Source: Massalongia carnosa
Lineage: Eukaryota
Assembly (NCBI GenBank): GCA_965645245.1
Contig: OZ287067.1
Location: 1,860,001-1,924,000 of the forward strand
Direction of reading: 5' to 3'
Length of the DNA stretch: 64,000 bases
Position 1 is the first letter of the stretch; each line of letters begins with the position of its first letter. This document shows positions 61,524-64,000 of the stretch, in pieces. The notes beneath the pieces were generated by a model. It worked only from the letters and a program-made list of their open reading frames with translations. It was not told the origin of the DNA and ran no database searches. The position numbers and the translations under genes were made by a program.

Positions 61524-63802
61524 CAGTCAAACCTTCCTATAACGATAGGGTTTGTCCACGCCGGCCAATCGTTATAGCCAGATTATCGTTATAGCCAGAA
61601 TATATTATTTATAAGTTAAACATAACGGTTATGTGTGATGATGAGATTCATAGACCTAAGAATCTATATAGCATGAAAATAAGTCTGAATAGACTGTTGC
61701 TGCAACTCCTGTGTGCCTCTGCCTCTGATATCCCGTCGATAACGTGTCAAACACCGCAAAACCTCGCTGTTACCGTTGTCTTGTTGCTCCTCGTAGAGAC
61801 AGTCTATTCAAAGCAGTAATAGCTTCTGCACTGCTCACTTTTGCCATCATCTCTTGCTCCTCATCTGTCTCATGGTCTCGTTCAATCAAAGGGTGACTAT
61901 AACTGTCCAGAATCTGTTCAAATATCTCCTCCTCGTTGTCTTCCACCACCTCATCCACGAGATCCAAGAAATGATCTATCTTCATCGCCTCTGTGATGTG
62001 ATTTTTGTCTTGTAGAGTCCGTATTGTAGCGTCCATCTGCTTGATCATCTCTCGCTGCTTGACATCATCTGCATCAGACTGCTCCTTCCACCCCAATTGT
62101 ATAGCCACACTTTCCGAAACAGGTCCGTACTTTGGACCCAAAACTTTGGATTTCAACCAGCAATTGGCAATTGTAGTAGAAGAAACGTCTTCTTGCCAAG
62201 CAGCTACACTCCATCGAAGAGCTTGTAGAATATGAATTGACTTTAACGGATCGCGATCCAAATCATATTCCGAACAGATGTAATTCAACCAATGTCGACG
62301 ATAATGAGCTTTAAAGGCCTTGATGATGCCTTGATCAAGAGGTTGACAGACGCTTGTGGCGTTGGCAGGTAAGAAAAGTACCTAAAAAGTTGATTAATCG
62401 ACGCTCTTGAAAATACACATCAGTCTAACGTACCTTGACGTTGTTCAGAGCAGTTTCATCTGCTTCTAAAAGCTTCAATCCGGCGTGATGGGATGAAAAC
62501 CCATCTACTAGAAGCACTACATTGCGATCTGCGGTCAAAGCGTTGAACCATAGAAGATACTCTTTGAATATCTTGCCAGTCATCCATGCTTTTTTGTTAT
62601 GACGCCAAGTCATCGGTAGGTTTTCTATCTTGACGCCAGATCGAGCAAAACAGCGAGGCTTTGCTGCCGTTCCAATAAACCAGGGATCCATCTTGTGACC
62701 CACGACATTACAACAAAGATTGATGGTGATTCTAGACTTATTCAACTTAACACCAGCTGAATCAGACACTGCCAAGGTACGATCCGGCGTCATTTTCCAG
62801 TATAGAGCTGATTCGTCCATGTTATAGATGTCTTCATTAGGATACGACTTTAGTTCTTCCCTGAGATCCACGAGTTCAAGCTCCACTGTTGCTTGATCTA
62901 CCGCAGCAGCTTCGCCATGACGAACTACTCTATGAATCTTATACCGCTTCTTGAAGCCGTCCAACCAGCCTGTTGGGAATTTGGGCTCCTCAACGCCTTG
63001 ATATTGCGGCATTCGAGCCCAGAATCTTTTGGCCATGGCCTTCAATATATCACCTGTTATGGTGGCATGCTTGAGCTCCTGTTTCTGCTGCCATTCGTAC
63101 AACGCCATCTCCAGATCTTCCCAATTTGCTGGCTGTCTCTTCTTTGATTGCGGATGAATGAGTCTTGAATCATCCAGATGATCATACTGATGAGACAAAC
63201 AGACAGAAACCGTGGATTGAGACAGCTTACGACCAAACTGATTTAGAAACCAGGCTATTAAGGAGTTGGAATTGGGCTTGGGATGATCCGCCTGATTATA
63301 GTGAGCTCGCAAGGCCTTTCTCTCAGCGTCAGTAATAGCTCGTCGTCGCTTGACGCAGGCGGAGGAGCTAATAGGTCTATTCAAGATGGACGACATGATG
63401 TTGTGAATACTCGGCGAATATCTTGGAAGTAGGAGGCTAGGTTATCAAATGGTAATACAACAAACGGGAACGACTTGGCTAATCAGCTTAACCAGAGCTT
63501 GATTTGTGACTGCTTATACTACTACCTCTAGTAAAGAGTGATTCTATGAAAATATAGCAGAATAGGCTCCCTATATATATACCTATCAAAAAACTACACT
63601 GCATTATTTAAGTAGGAAGTTCGGTCGAGGTGCAACCTGGCTTCTATGTATAACGATACCCTACAAAAATTTTGAGATTTACTAACGATATCGTAATAGG
63701 GAGATTATCGTTATTTTGCACCTAAAATTGCCGGATTTCTCCAACCAATCGTTGTGGAGCGATTATCGTTATAACCAAAATCGTTATAGGAAGGTTTGAC
63801 TG
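61524..63802 (-). mobile_element. pogo/Tc5 (Tigger/CENP-B-like) DNA transposon
   Basis: Perfect 23-bp TIR CAGTCAAACCTTCCTATAACGAT and TA TSD. Inserted in the LINE TAA tail. Confidence 0.96.
61664..63396 (-). pseudogene. DDE_1 transposase with Abp1/CENP-B-like HTH domains; intron 62433-62382; probable C-terminal frameshift near 61800
   Basis: GWLDGFKKRY, HGEA, IYNMDESALYW, KKAWMT, LLVDGFSSH and FLPANATSVCQPLDQGII. Confidence 0.88.
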
Positions 63803-63847
63803 TAATACAATAGAACTGCCTTAGTACTGCGTCGCTCTACGAGCTGT

Positions 63848-63955
63848 CTAAGCCCCTTCGGGTTAGTCAATTTCGCTAAGCTCCTTCGGATTAGTGATTA
63901 AGATAGCACGTCTGAGCGCAAAATGACGTGTCCAGTTAAGCCCTTTCGGGTTAAC
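63848..63955 (+). repeat. Three copies of a TTCG-capped hairpin (TAAGCYCYTTCGGRTTA)
   Basis: Copies at ~63849, ~63877 and ~63937 with covarying closing stems (CTAA/TTAG, GCTAA/TTAGT, GTTAA/TTAAC). Confidence 0.8.
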
Positions 63956-64000
63956 AGGCTGACTACGCAGCACATCTGTAGAGCCCAAAACTTGCCTCAG

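Noticed and set aside
58850..63820. Target-site duplication for the LINE
   Set aside because: No duplicated flank found, so some host sequence may have been deleted. Continuity of the structured tract across the LINE is therefore unproven.

Overview
Filamentous-ascomycete (Pezizomycotina-type) genomic DNA in three blocks. (1) 1-33 kb is a deeply nested transposon stack. It holds two Ty3/Gypsy and two Ty1/Copia LTR retrotransposons, two copies of a probable LINE 5' end, a piggyBac-type element, a decayed Fot1/pogo transposase, at least eight solo LTRs and hAT-type MITEs. Most junctions can be resolved by target-site duplications (TSDs), and a light RIP-like CpA>TpA signature is present. (2) 33-52.7 kb holds six ordinary intron-containing host genes: a C2H2/fungal-specific transcription factor, a SAP30-like protein, MDJ1, BRO1, a GPR1/FUN34/YaaH transporter and LEU1. 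(3) 53-64 kb holds a disrupted CryptonF-type tyrosine-recombinase gene, a 5'-truncated Tad-like LINE, and a pogo/Tc5 transposon inserted in the LINE tail. The most striking unexplained signal lies divergently upstream of the recombinase, at about 57.2-58.86 kb. It is a non-coding tract that folds by eye, on the + strand, into a large modular RNA. It has four covarying copies of a three-way junction capped by a tRNA-like TTCAAGT T-loop, long G-U-rich rods with a repeated YYCGT-TAA/AC-ACGGR internal-loop module, AC-rich linkers, and a GNRA/UUCG-rich domain. A 19-bp UUCG-hairpin direct repeat brackets the recombinase plus this tract (53088 and 63850). All structures and splice sites were read manually; no folding software or database search was run.
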